Shown here one piece after another: positions 26,231 to 39,184 of a stretch of DNA of 64,000 nt. Where the stretch lies: NCBI RefSeq assembly GCF_006345805.1, contig NC_042997.1, positions 126,356,001-126,420,000 of the forward strand, given 5' to 3'. The first letter of the stretch is position 1, and each line of letters opens with the position of its first letter. The notes under the pieces are model-generated. The model did no database searches, was not told the origin of the DNA, and saw only the letters and a program-made list of their open reading frames with translations. Made by a program: the position numbers and the translations under genes. This stretch comes from Octopus sinensis (Eukaryota).

Positions 26231-26582
26231 TCTCCCTTTTTTCAGATATCTTGTGACTGCTTGTTTAAATCATTCGAACCTTCTCATAAACATTGCACGA
26301 AAATACACTCTTGTTCTTCATGGGCAAAACATTTATTACTACATAGCTGCTATTTTGTGATTCATGTAGTAAATCCAATATTCATAGAATGTTGTTTTGT
26401 AATATAGTAAGATATTTATACACTAAGTGATGGTTTTTGAATTTTACAACATTTTGGCCTTGTTTATGAAATAACTAAGCTTTGCTTTATGGTAGCTTCA
26501 AGGCATCATAAACAAGTATATTTCATGCAGTGTCCTTTCTGTGACCTTTTGATGAAGGCAGCATATATATTGCTGTATATAC

Positions 26583-26910
26583 ACTGGTGTGGCTCTATGG
26601 TTAAGGAATTCACTTCACAATCCTATAGTTTCAGGTTCAGTCCCACTGCACAGCATACTTGGCAAGTACCTCCTACTATAGCCCCTGGTCAACCAATACC
26701 ATGTGAGTGACTTTGGCAAATGGAAACTCATGAGGTTTGGTTTGTTAAAAAATCCTGTAACCTGGGGTAACTTTGGTAAAAAGAGACTGATTGAATTAGT
26801 ACCAGACCTTAAAATAAATACCAGGGGTGATTTGACCAACTAAAACCCTTCAGGGTGTTGCTCCAGCATGGCTGCAGTCCAATGATTGAAACAAGAAAAA
26901 GAAATAAAGA
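26583..26910 (+). mobile_element. Family A SINE, internally deleted
   Basis: Head gtgtggctctatggttaagg...ggttcagtcccact and tail gctccagcatggctgcagtccaatgattgaaacaag. Confidence 0.75.
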
Positions 26911-28241
26911 ATGTCCACCAGAAATATAATAATCCCTTGAATTACATGTGGGAAGGTGGGGGCATAGGTGCAGAAATGACTGTGTGGTAATAAGCTTGCT
27001 TCCCAACCACATGGTTCTGGGTTCAGTTCCACAGCACGGCACCTTGAGAAAATGTCCTCTGCTGTAACCTATAACTTCAAGCTATAGTAGTGAGTGGATT
27101 TTGTAGAGGGAAACTGAAAGAAGCACATTGTATATCTATAATATAAATCCTGTTCTGTGTGTGTGTGGGTGTGTAAAAGGTTATAACGGCCGTATTTTCA
27201 ACTGATTTTCTCCAAACTGGGAACATACATTATCTATGTTCAAGGGATGGTTTTAGACTCTTAAAAGTTTTCACGTAATGAGTAACGGGCTCCTGGGGGC
27301 AGAAAATACCCATTCCTGGGTTACGTGGAGAAGAAAGGTAATTCTTTGTGAACTAACTTTCAGAAATTGATTGTCTCCCTTACATCCATTGGTCATAAAA
27401 AAATAAAAATATTGCTTTTACATTAGATTCACATCTTTGAAAGTTTTAAAAAATATTTACTTCTGGCTGTCTAGCGTTGTTGACGTTTATATCTCTGTAT
27501 CCATCTCTCTCTATCTCTCTATCTATATCTCTCTATTAGTCTCTATCTCTATTTATCTATCTATCTATATCTATCTTATTTATCTGACTAGCTAGCTCTT
27601 TCTTCCCCTATTTCTATATCTCACTCACTCTCTATTGTTTTCACTTTCACTTTTCAGATGCTATTGTTTTCACTTTAAGTTCAATTGCTATTGTTTTCAC
27701 TGTTAGTTTATAATTGCTATTTACAAAGAACAATGACAAATTACTGACAGAAAGAAGTTCACAATTACTGATAAATGTAATTTCATACATAATTTACTGA
27801 CAGAAGTAACTTCATAAATTTCACTTCAATCCATACACTTCGTTAAATTTGCCTACAAATTTCTTATTTAATTTGGCAACATTTTGTGTTTTAATGTTGT
27901 TGACAGAATTACTGATAAAAGTAAGTTCATAATTTACTGACAGAAGTAACTTCGAAAATTTCACTTAAATCCATACACTTAGTTAATTTTCCTAAAAAAT
28001 TCTTATTTACTTTAGCAATGGTTTTGTGTTTTTCTGTTGTTAACAGCTTTTTTTTCCTGGTTCCTTTGATACTGGCTCTTTGGTTCACTGAAAAATTTTG
28101 CTTCAACCTGTGCAATTTTTTATTTTCTGTAAAAATTTCTTATTTATTTTCTCTTGTCGTATTAAGAAATATAATTTCTGTTACCCAGTTATTTTCACTA
28201 TTTGCTGTCTTCTGCACCCCTGTATTTCTGTATATGTAACC

Positions 28242-28846
28242 ATGCCTAGAAGGAAAGTGTCAAATTTGTCTACAATGTCAAGGTCAGCCAGGGAAAGAGA
28301 GACAGCTGCAGAAAGGGAAGCATGCCAAGAAATGAACAGACTGTGCACTACAAAAGTCAGAGTATCTCAAAGTGATGAACAGAGGTATGCACAGCTGACA
28401 AGGTATAGGATCGCCACTGCAGAATGAAGAGCAGTTGCAACAGCTCAGAGAAGCGACTTCTATGAAGCAGCTTTCAATTATGATCCAGCAGTTTATTATG
28501 CAGATGACATTAGAGTTTCCATTGGTGCAATGGCAACTGAGTGCATACATCGTAAAGCAAGGAAGTGGCCTGGTGGGACACTTGCACTGTGCTGCAATGG
28601 TGGAAAGGCTAAACTTCCTGCAATCCCCAGCCTCCAGAGTCATTGAAGAAACTGTTGTAATCAACTGACCAAGATTCCAAACAATTCCAAAACAAAATTA
28701 GACAATTCAATGCTGCACTACAGATGACATCATTTGGAGCCACAAGAGATTTAACTGAGCCTGGATTCATGCCAACTTTCAAGATCCAAGGTCAGATTTA
28801 TCATCGGATTGGCTTTCTACTACCTCTGTCAAATGAATCCCCAAAA
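28242..28846 (+). pseudogene. Helitron Rep-helicase N-terminal fragment (disrupted)
   Basis: MPRRK...AAFNYDPAVYY...IGAM...CCNGGK.KLP...DSKQFQNKIRQFNAALQMTSFGA...GFMPTFKIQGQIYHRIGFLLP; contains stops. Confidence 0.88.
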
Positions 28847-28945
28847 TTGGCTTTTCATTGTTTATAATCTGTACCTGTTTTTTGATTATGAAATAAGCTA
28901 GATAAAACGTGTTTTTGAATTATGTGTATTTACTTTATATACATA

Positions 28946-29250
28946 TTTGTTTGTTCCTTCTCGAGCCATGCCTGGCTCATAAGGGCCAGTTTCTGGGTTT
29001 CCTTGGCATATAGGTTCCCCACCTGGACAGGACGCCGGTCCGTCGCAGGTGAGCTGCAAGATGTAAGAGGAAAGAGTGAGAGAAAGTTGTGGCGAAAAAG
29101 TCAGCAGAAGTTCACCATTACCTTCTGCTAGAGCTGTGTGGAGCTTAGGTGTTTCGCTCATAAACACACACATCACCTGGTCTGAGATTCGAACCTGCGA
29201 TACCTCGATCACGAGTCCGCTGCTCTAAACACTAGGCCATGTCCCTCCAC
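28946..29250 (-). mobile_element. tRNA-derived SINE family D (V-SINE-like tail) nested in the Helitron
   Basis: A box TGGCCTAGTGT, B box GGTTCGAATC, tail cctgcgacggaccggcgtcctgtccagg; homologous to 58795-59114 and 48105-48291. Confidence 0.85.
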
Positions 29251-29449
29251 TTATATACATATATGAGTTGCAAACTTACTTTTAACATTTCACTTAACGT
29301 CTATGTTCCATGCTGGCATGGGTTGGAGAGTTACTAATGTAGAAAGTTGGTATCTCAGCTACTAGCAGTTGAGACCTGTATAATGTAGATGGCGTTTTTA
29401 AATTTCATTATTCTCTTTAACCCGGGCAATGCCAGGTATTTCTACTAGT

Positions 29450-29547
<98 letters not shown>

Positions 29548-30649
29548 TATATATATGTATATATATGTGTGTGTGTGTGTGTGTGTATATCTTTGTGTCT
29601 GTCCCCACTACAGTTTGACAACCGTTGTTAGTTTGTTTACATCCTTGTAACTTAGCAGTTCAGCAAAAGAGAAAGATAGAATAAGTTCTAGGCTTTAAAA
29701 AAAATGAAATAAATACTGGAATGGATCTGTTTGACTAAAATTCTTCAAAGATCGTGCCCCAGCATGGCCACAGTCTAATGACTGAAATAAGTACAAGATA
29801 AAAGATAGAAGATATCTATTTACATATTTATATATGCATAAATAGATGGACAGACAGTCAGATATAGATATGGATATGCATTGTTGATTGATTTTCAGAT
29901 GTCATTCTGTTAAAGTTATAATTTATTATGTTATCAGTTTGAACTTGTCTTAAGTCTATTTGATCCTTCTCATAAACTTTCCATGAAAATACATGCTTGT
30001 ATATGAGAACTATAATGTCATCACCACAACCACGACCACGACCACCACACCACCATCGCCGCTGCCACCGCCACCGCCACGAACACCGCTGCCACTGCCG
30101 CCGCCACCACTAGCATCACCACAACCCCTATCGCCACTATCGTCACCATCCCCACCACTGTGACCACCACCACAATGATAGTGACAATGATGAAGATGTT
30201 ACTGATATATAATATTTCTTAAATACAAAAGAAGTGTACTTTAATGCAGATTTTATAAAAGTGCATATCATCATCATAATCATCAGCATCTCCTCCTCCT
30301 CCTCCTCCTTATCTTATGTCTATGTTTCTATGTTGATATGCATTGAATGGTTTTCTGCAGCTTTGTTTTATGATATGACACTCTGCCCATTGCCAAACCT
30401 TTTAGCCCCCTCCTGTGACCAGGCAACACAGTATATCACATAATAACACACATCCATAATATACCCATACATCCATGTACACATACACATACATACACTC
30501 ACACATATATATCCACTTACCTGATTGTCTGTTTACCAAGTGAACACGAGATGTTTCATTAACCCCTCAGAAAACGAGGACAGACAGATGGTCACCAACA
30601 CTAAATCTTTCACTGATGAAGAATATAACACTCAATGAAGAACTGGATG

Positions 30650-31069
30650 TACTTCTTTACTACCCACAAGGGGCTAAACACAGAGGGGACAAACAAGGAA
30701 AGACAAAGGGATTAAGTCGATTACATCGATCCCAGTGCGTAACTGGTACTTAATTTATCGACCCCGAAAGGATGAAAGGCAAAGTCGACCTAGGCGGAAT
30801 TTGAACTCAGAATGTAGCGGCAGATGAAATACCTATTTCTTTACTACCCACAAGGGGCTAAACACAGAGGGGACAAACAAGGAAAGACAAATGGATTAAG
30901 TCGATTACATCAATCCCAGGGAGTAACTGGTACTTAATTTATCGACCCCGAAAGGATGATAGGCAAAGTCGACCTCGGCGAAATTTGAACTCGGAATGTA
31001 ACGACAGTCAAAATACGGCTACGCATTTCGCTCAGCGTGCTAACGTTTCTGCCACCTCACTGCCTTATA
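30650..31069 (-). mobile_element. Family B SINE dimer with 18-bp TSD
   Basis: TCAATGAAGAACTGGATG at 30632-30649 and 31070-31087. Confidence 0.92.
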
Positions 31070-31215
31070 TCAATGAAGAACTGGATGGATCATAGAGAAA
31101 AGACATTTTGGAAAAGGAGGCTATGGCAACTAAAAGATCTCTCAGTTAGATGGAGGTTCAAAGAAGTTTGAGAGTGTCTTGAACATTAAGAAGAAGAAGA
31201 TAAAGATAAAGATTT

Positions 31216-31600
31216 AAGGCGGCGAGCTGGCAGAATGTTTAAGCACGCCGGGTGAAATACTTAGCGGTATTTCGTCTGTCTTTACGTTGTGAGTTCAAAT
31301 TCCGCCGAGGTCGACTTTGCCTTTCAACCTTTCGGGGTTGATTAAATAAGTACCAATTACGCACTGGGGTCGATATAATCAACTTAATCCGTTTGTCTGT
31401 CCTTGTTTGTCCCATCTGTGTTTATCCCCTTGTGGGTAGTAAAGAAATAGGTATTTTATCTGCCACTACATTCTGAGTTCAATTCTGCTGAGGTCGACTT
31501 TAGCTTTCATCCTTTTGGAGTTGATAAATTAAGTACCAGTTGTGTACTGTGATTGATGTCAAGGACTTGCCTCTTCCCCAGAATTTCAGGACTTGTACCT
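31216..31600 (+). mobile_element. Family B SINE dimer (same junction), inverted relative to 30650-31069
   Basis: aaggcggcgagctggcagaa head; junction gtaaagaaatag|gtattttatctgcc. Confidence 0.85.
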
Positions 31601-31601
31601 A

Positions 31602-32004
31602 TACTTTTACTCTTTTACTTGTTTCAGTCATTTGACTGTGGCTATGCTGGAGCACCACCTTTTTAGTTGAGCAAATCGCCCCAGAACTTATTCTTTGTAA
31701 GCCTAGTACATATTCTATCTGTCTCTTTTGCTGAACTGTTAAGATACGGGGACGTAAACACACCAGCATCAGTTGTCAAGTAATGTTGGGGAGACAAAGA
31801 CAGACACACAAACATACACCCCCCCACACACATATATACGATGGGCTTCTTTCAGTTTCCATCAACCAAATCCACTCACAAAGCTTTGGTCGGCCTGAGG
31901 CTATAGTAGAAGATACTTGCCCAAGGTGCCATGCAGTGGGACTGAACCCAGAACCATGTGGTTGGTAAACAAGGTACTTACCACACAACCACTCCTACGC
32001 CTAT
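31602..32004 (-). mobile_element. Family A CORE-type SINE, full length
   Basis: Tail, body and head present. Confidence 0.88.
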
Positions 32005-32329
32005 AGAAAGGAAATAAAAATTTATAACATAGAGGACAGACATGGAGCCTGGACAGCTCTCTGACTGGGCCAGTTCCTGTCAAACTGTCCAACCCATGCC
32101 AGCATGGAAAACGGACGTTAAAAGGTGATGATGATGATGTGGAAGACAAATTAGAGTTCTGCAAGTCACAAACCAGATCTGTGATTAGAGAAGGATGATA
32201 ATTGTGGAATGGTGTTGTAGATAGAGCTATAAAGGCTAAGAGGCAGCTATAGAGGCTAAAGGATGGACAAAATGGTGAATCAAGGAATAATATTAGGTTG
32301 CTGAAAGGTAGAAAGCTGGCAGAACAAAT

Positions 32330-32750
32330 TAGCATGCTGGGCAAAATTCTTAGCAGCAGTTCATCATTTTTTATGTTCTGTGTTCAAATTCCATCAAAGT
32401 TGACTTAGCTTTTCATCCTTTTGGGGTTGATAAAATAAGTTCAACTGTGGTTGATGTAATTGACTTCCTTCTCCCCCTCAAAGACTGCTGGCTTTGTGCC
32501 AAAATTTGAAGCCATTATTATTATATTATTGTTATCATTGAGGCAGTGAACTGTCAGAGTTGTTAGCACGCCAAACAAAATGCTTAGTGGCGTTTCAACT
32601 GTCTTAATGTTTTGAGTTCAAATTCCACTGAGATCGACTTTGCTTTTCGTCCTTTCAGGGTCGATAAAATAAGGACCAGTTAAACACTGGGATCAATGTA
32701 ACTGACTTGACCCTGTCCCCAAAATTGCTGGTCTTATGCCAGAATTTGAA
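32330..32750 (+). mobile_element. Two family B SINEs in tandem
   Basis: Cores tttcatccttttggggttgataaa (about 32410) and tttcgtcctttcagggtcgataaa (about 32645). Confidence 0.75.
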
Positions 32751-32964
32751 ATCAACATTAGGTTGCTGAAAGAGAAGGTAGATGTAAGGTATATGCAGTG
32801 TAAATGGAAGCTGATTGTTAGGTGTTTGCCAATGTTCTTCAACCAAGGGCTAAGTAATGTGAGGTGTTCCAGACTGCAAAGCAATGTGTTTGGGTGACCC
32901 AGGACACAATAAGGGAAACATGTGTTCAGAGTGTGTGACAGCGAGCCAATAATTCTTTTCTACT

Positions 32965-33168
32965 CTAGGCATAAGACCCAAAATTTTGGGGGAGGGGCCA
33001 GTCAATTAGTTCAACCCCAGTACACAACTGGTACTTAATTTATTGACCCGAAAGGATGAAAGGCAAATTCAACCTCAACAGAATTTGAACTTAGAACGTA
33101 AAGACATACGAAATACTATTAAGCATTTCACCTGGTGTGTTAACGTTTCTGCCAGCTCACCACCTTAG
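32965..33168 (-). mobile_element. Family B SINE
   Basis: gaaaggatgaaaggcaaattcaacc...tttctgccagctcaccacctt. Confidence 0.8.
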
Positions 33169-33192
33169 ATAGGCCAATTATTATTAACAAAT

Positions 33193-33461
33193 AATATTCG
33201 TAGCCACTTTAACATAGCTTTCCATTTCAGCGGACTCTACTGCAATGTTTGCCTGCAGTCATTACTATAGAGCTTTGTATACAATTGTTTATTCTTTCGC
33301 TCAGGAGCCCAGGTGGAGGGTAAAGTTAAACACAGGGTTCTAGGTCTGAGAGGGTTAAGGATGTGAATGAAGATGAAACAGCTGATGCCCTCTTGGGGTT
33401 AAAAAAAATCGCAGTAGAATCTGTTTGAATGGACAGCCATGTTAAAGTGGCTATGAATATT
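33193..33461. mobile_element. Foldback MITE with 51-bp TIRs
   Basis: Arms 33193-33243 and 33411-33461 are reverse-complementary, with TA-compatible ends. Confidence 0.8.
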
Positions 33462-33744
33462 ACTTGTCAGTACAACTACTGCCTTGATCTCTTAGAAATT
33501 TTTAGAACTAGCATTTTTGGTTGTTCCAATTATTTATTATTGTTCCACTGAATTATTTTGTGATTCTGTTCATTAATTTGCCTGCAATCTTTACTCTTGA
33601 GCTGTGTGTACAACTATTTATTTTTTTTGCTCAGGAGCCTAGGTGGAGGGTAAAGTTAGACACAATGGTCCATTTCTGAGAGGGTTAAGGATGTGAATGC
33701 AGATGAAGTAGTTGAACCATTAGGGTCAGTCAGTGAGATTGCAT

Positions 33745-33915
33745 ACCAAGGGAAACATGAGAAAAAGTAGTGAATACTGATCTCAGAATATAGAACCTTA
33801 TGAATGAAATGGTGAGTGATCATGACAATTGGTGAAATACTGTACAGGAAAAGAGCCATCTCACCCATGCAAACATGGGAAATAGATGTAAAACTGATGC
33901 TGGTGCTGATGATGA
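33745..33915 (+). mobile_element. RTE 3' end with short UTR
   Basis: PRET*EKVVNTDLRI.NL..EMVSDHDNW..TVQEKSHLTHA runs straight into the cccatgcaaacatgggaaatagatgtaaaac tail. Confidence 0.65.
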
Positions 33916-34817
33916 TTTATATACATATGTCTACATGCACGATCTGTTGGTTGTGCCATGTTAACTTGAAATGTAAGATAGAAAATAGAGAAACTGAGAA
34001 ATCGACTGTGTCAGGAAAGGTATGGACATGTCTTTATGAAAGGATAATGAATGATGGGTGAAAAATGTTATGGGATGCTGATGGAGGGATCCTGTGATAA
34101 AGGAGAACTGGGAAACACATGGGAAGTGGTGGTGAGGTGGTGAGGTTACACATCTCGCAATGTTCAACAGCTCAGAAGAATTGAAGCGTTGAGACCACTG
34201 GTGATGTGCAGCACAGCAGACATGCAGGAGAAGATGTTAAGATGTTGTTGGGAATGATGAAGACAGCGGCGGTGGTGGCAGTGGTGGTGGTTGTGATTGT
34301 GATGCTGGTAATGGTGATGGTGTCAAGGGTGATGATAATGGTTTATGGTGGTGATGTACTGCAGCTGAAGATGATGATGATGATGGTGGATATTGGTGAG
34401 GATCATGATCATGATGATGTTAGTGACAGCGATGATTATGATGAAGATAATAATGATGATGTTGAAGATGATGATGATGGTGCTGTATTTTCTAGTGGGG
34501 ATTATAAAGATAATATACCAGCATATATGTGTGTGTGTGTATGTGTGTGTGTGTGTATATATATATGCAATGTATACATACATATACATACATACAAATA
34601 CATATATGTATGTGTATATATAATATATGACTACATATATACACTCATGCATACATACATATATATATATATATGCATGTATATATATGTGTGTATATAT
34701 TATATATGCATATGTATATATATATATATACACACACGTGCACACACACATAAACACACACACACATATATATGAACATATTTTTCAGAGAAGCAAATAT
34801 GAACACATGCATATATA

Positions 34818-34869
<52 letters not shown>

Positions 34870-35397
34870 CAATATATAAACACATACACACAGACACATG
34901 TAAATAAAAAAGAAAAATGAAGGGGACACAGTGAGGGAGTGAGACAGAAAGAGAGGAGGAAAGAGAAAGAGAGGGAGAGAATGAGAGGAAGGGAGAAAGT
35001 GAGATAAAGAGAGAGAGAGAGAGAGAGATAACCTCTACCATGTAACTTCCAAAAGATATGTAGATGTAGCACTTTCTATTGTCCTGGATCAACCATCTCC
35101 TGGGATTTGAATAACCTCTGTGATCTTATTCTTCTATCAAACTGAAATATTAGACATGACAAACTATGGATGTGAGGATATACATCAGATAACAACAACA
35201 TCAACAACAACAAGCAAAGGAGACAATAACACAGAGCTATCTGTACTGAAGGATTGAATCCTAACATATAATATGAATGTGTGTGTATGTGTGTATGAAC
35301 ACATACTATATGTAGGTGTGCATGCATGCGTGCGTGTGCGTGCGTGTGTATATGTATATATATATATATACAGATATATATATATATATGATTTTCA

Positions 35398-35841
35398 ACT
35401 GAGATTAAACTGGTCAGTCACTGTGAGGAATTGTATTCTTCAATTCCCTCAATTATACATACATACATGCATGCATGTATACATACATACATAGCATACA
35501 TATATACTTACATAACATAGATACATGCATACATATATATATACATACATATATGTGTGTGTGTGTATGTATACATATATTTGTATTTGTATATATATTT
35601 ATATGTGTATGCGCGCATGTGTGTATGTGTGTGTGTGCATCATATATATATAGATCAATATCAGCTAAAGGCTGGGGAAGCACAATACACACACATCTGT
35701 ACACACAGACTCTCATATAAATAAATAAATAAATAAATAAATATACAAATAAATAAACCAATAAATAAATATCTATTCAATTCTCTACTGAGATGAAACT
35801 GGTCAGTCACTGTGAGGAATTGTATCTTCAATTCCCTCAAT
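35398..35841 (+). repeat. 55/56-bp direct repeat pair (35398-35453, 35787-35841) separated by microsatellite
   Basis: actgagat(t/g)aaactggtcagtcactgtgaggaattgtat(t)cttcaattccctcaat. Confidence 0.9.
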
Positions 35842-36065
35842 AATATCTCTCTCTCTCTCTCTATATGTATATATACGTATGTATGCTGCGCAAAGATCAA
35901 TCTCTACGAAGGTTTAGAGAACTATGATGTGTGCATATATATATATATACATATACACAAATGTATATCTATATATATAATATATATATATATGTATATA
36001 TATGTATGCATATATATATATATACATATGTATATATATATGTATATATATCTATATCTATATCT

Positions 36066-36114
<49 letters not shown>

Positions 36115-36353
36115 CAATTTAATAAACAGGTGCTCACTCATACATACACTTGCACACATTAGTATTCAATTCTCTGCATAAATCCAGATTTTTAACCTTC
36201 AGTATCCACCGATGACTTGTGAGGTATAACAAATAGTTACACACACACACGCAAACATACATCTGTGTAAATATATAGTTATGGTATATTTTCCAAATTT
36301 TTCATTTATATATATATATACATACATACATACATATATATATATATACATAC

Positions 36354-36444
<91 letters not shown>

Positions 36445-37019
36445 ATATGACAATCTTTCTATGTATGTATGTATCTATCCATCCATTCATCCATCCATCC
36501 ATCTATCTAACTACCTATAAACACATGGATCTATACACTCATGTATACAGTCACTTCTATACATGCATGCATATATATATACATATATGTACATGCATAC
36601 ACACACACACAGACACATGTACATTTATTTATTCTCATGTCTTTTTGGTGATGTCAGTCTCAGGACTCTAGCTGCACTAGTGAATCACCTTCAAGGTATA
36701 GTCAATATAATTGACGATAACTTCAACATATAGTCAATTATGTCCAATCTCAGTTCCTGACTGGTGTTTATTTCCTGATGCCGCAAGGATCAAACGAAGA
36801 AAAAAAAATAGAAAAAACAAATGGTGGCTTATGTGAGATTTAAACTCAGAATGTTAGGGACACAACCAAATATCATAAGCATTTTTTTATCTGATGCTCT
36901 CTCAATTCTAATAATTCAATAAGGTATGTGTGTGTGTGTGTGTGCATGTGTGTGTGTGTGTAATATATATATATGTTACATATATATTACATATATGTAT
37001 TACACATATACATATATAT

Positions 37020-37071
<52 letters not shown>

Positions 37072-37094
37072 ATATATATATATGATTGACTGCT

Positions 37095-37270
37095 AAATCC
37101 ACAAGTTTTTTTTAATTCTCTCTGTTTATTTCCTTGTGTTCCTTTCTGTTGAAGAGCATAGGTTCAAAACAAAAGACTCTCTCATCTTCCTGAGTGTTAA
37201 ACTAATACACCTGTTTGTTGTTTACACACCTGTCTTCGTCTTTTCTTTTTCTGTAAATTTCAACTATATA
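37095..37270. repeat. Penelope-terminal-like repeat with degenerate hammerhead-like motif
   Basis: cttt-CTGTTGA-a-gagc atag gttc-AAAAC-aaaag at 37142-37175; related to 2085-2230. Confidence 0.4.
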
Positions 37271-37273
37271 TAT

Positions 37274-37307
<34 letters not shown>

Positions 37308-37319
37308 ATATGTATATAT

Positions 37320-37620
37320 TGTCATCATCATCATTGTTTAACATCCATGCTAGCATGGGCAGGATGGTTTGACAGGAGACAGCCAAGCAGAAGCCTGCAC
37401 CAGACTTCTGTGACTGTTTTGGCAGGATTTTTACAGCTGGATGCCCTTCCTAACTCCAGTCACCCAGTAGAATGGATTAGTGCTTTTTATGTGGTACAAG
37501 CACAGGCAAGGTCAGTTTTGGCAAGGTTTTTACAGCTGGATGGCTATCCAAACGCCAACCACTTTTCACTGTGGACTGGATGCTTTTTAAGTGGCACCTG
37601 CATTGACAGGGTCACCAAGT
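37320..37620 (-). mobile_element. RTE 3' end
   Basis: ttaacatccatgctagcatggg...cagctggatgcccttcctaac. Confidence 0.8.
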
Positions 37621-37793
37621 AACTTGCAAGACAAAAATCTTTTGAGAGGGGAGGGGACATTGGAGGAGGTGACCTTGTGTCAAATGATGAAAGGTTATAG
37701 TGAGAGAGACAGACAGACAGAAAGAGGTATCTTACTGTAGAGGAGATACAAGGTTACCTGGCCAGGAAGAGAGAGAGAGGGAGAGAGAGAGGG

Positions 37794-37824
<31 letters not shown>

Positions 37825-37959
37825 GAGAGAGAGAGAGGACAGAAACAAGTATGCTGCCGCAAAGGAGATCCATGGTTACTCAACCTGAGGGAAGTGCAGG
37901 AGAAGGCGAGAGAGACATCAGGATGGCAGCAAAGTGCTGGGCATACATATAATATACTA

Positions 37960-37990
<31 letters not shown>

Positions 37991-38004
37991 CGAGTGAGAC
38001 GCTA

Positions 38005-38432
38005 AGAGTACCATACGAGTGAGATTGTTACCAGAGCAACAAGCTTGCCTTCATGCCGATGGCACATTAGATTTGAGCGTGATCGTTACCTGCGTCCCCT
38101 TACTAGCACTTGTGCTGGTGGCATGTGAAAAAAACATTTAAGCGAGGTCGTTGCCAGTGCTGCTGGACTGGCTTCTGTGCAGGTGGCACATAAAAAGCAC
38201 CATTTGAGTGTGGCTGTTGCCAGTACCACCTAATTGGCCCTTGAGCCGGTGGCACGTAAAAGCACCCACTACTCTCTCGGAGTGGTGAGCATTAGGAAGG
38301 GAATCCAGCTGTACAAACTCTGCCAGATCAGATTGGAGTCTGGTGCAGCCATCTGGTTCGCGAGACCTCAGTCAAATCATCCAACCCATGCTAGCATGGG
38401 AAGCGGACGTTAAACGATGATGATGATGATGA
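38005..38432 (+). mobile_element. RTE 3'UTR copy with internal ~62-bp units
   Basis: Ends ccaacccatgctagcatgggaagcggacgttaaac(gat)n. Confidence 0.88.
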
Positions 38433-38554
38433 TATATATATATAATTTAAATAACGAAGGCGATAAATTGAATATTAATTTAATTAATGTCAATTTAAAA
38501 CCAGTAGCCTAGCATATAGAAAAATCTGAAAAATCAGAAAAAATTGTAATACAT

Positions 38555-38585
<31 letters not shown>

Positions 38586-38720
38586 CTGTGTGTGCATGTA
38601 TGTATATATATATATATATATATACATATATGTATATAAATGCCTAGAAGATGGACGTTAAACAATGATAATGATGATATGTTTATGAGTATATATATCT
38701 ATATATAATGTAAATAAGTA

Positions 38721-38990
38721 ACAAGGATGTTCAGGTATCAATACATTATGGCCATTTCGAGCAGTTCCATTTAATCAATCAATGAAAACATTACATCAAT
38801 TTCAAAGAAATCGCTCTCCTCAGACGTAGATGACCTTATAGATTTCTAACATAAAGGATAAACCATTTTTAACAAATTTATATCAATACCAGAAACCAAA
38901 ATAATTTTAAATTGATGTAATATTTTTGTTGATCGATTAAATGGAGCTGCTTGAAACGGTCGTAATGCATTGATTCCTGGACATCTTTGT
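38721..38990. mobile_element. MITE with ~90-bp TIRs
   Basis: acaaggatgttcaggtatcaatacattatggccatttcgagcagttccatttaatc... pairs with ...gattaaatggagctgcttgaaacggtcgtaatgcattgattcctggacatctttgt; left flank TA. Confidence 0.78.
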
Positions 38991-39082
38991 TGGAGCTGTA
39001 TGGACTATACTGAACTGGGTGGTGCCTCAATTTAAGTACCTTATTCAACTGAATCTCAATTATATTATATCTGTCTATCTAC

Positions 39083-39158
<76 letters not shown>

Positions 39159-39184
39159 ATATTTATGTATATGTGTGTGTGTTA

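Larger units (their letters stand above)
27135..29448 (+). mobile_element. Non-autonomous Helitron with both termini and a Rep N-terminal relic
   Basis: 5' A|TCTATAATATAAAT; 3' hairpin CCCGGGCAATGCCAGG (29421-29436) then CTAG|T; internal minisatellites at 27630-28045. Confidence 0.85.
26963..29810 (+). mobile_element. Family A SINE split by a Helitron (5' part 26963-27134, 3' part 29449-29810)
   Basis: Head and CORE end at gaaagaagcacattgtata; the body resumes after the Helitron with (TA/TG)n, tttgtgtctgtcccc and the tail. Confidence 0.8.

Noticed and set aside
28946-29250. tRNA gene candidates (A/B boxes here and at 6398, 52163, 58795)
   Set aside because: No complete cloverleaf or acceptor stem; each continues into a SINE body and tail.
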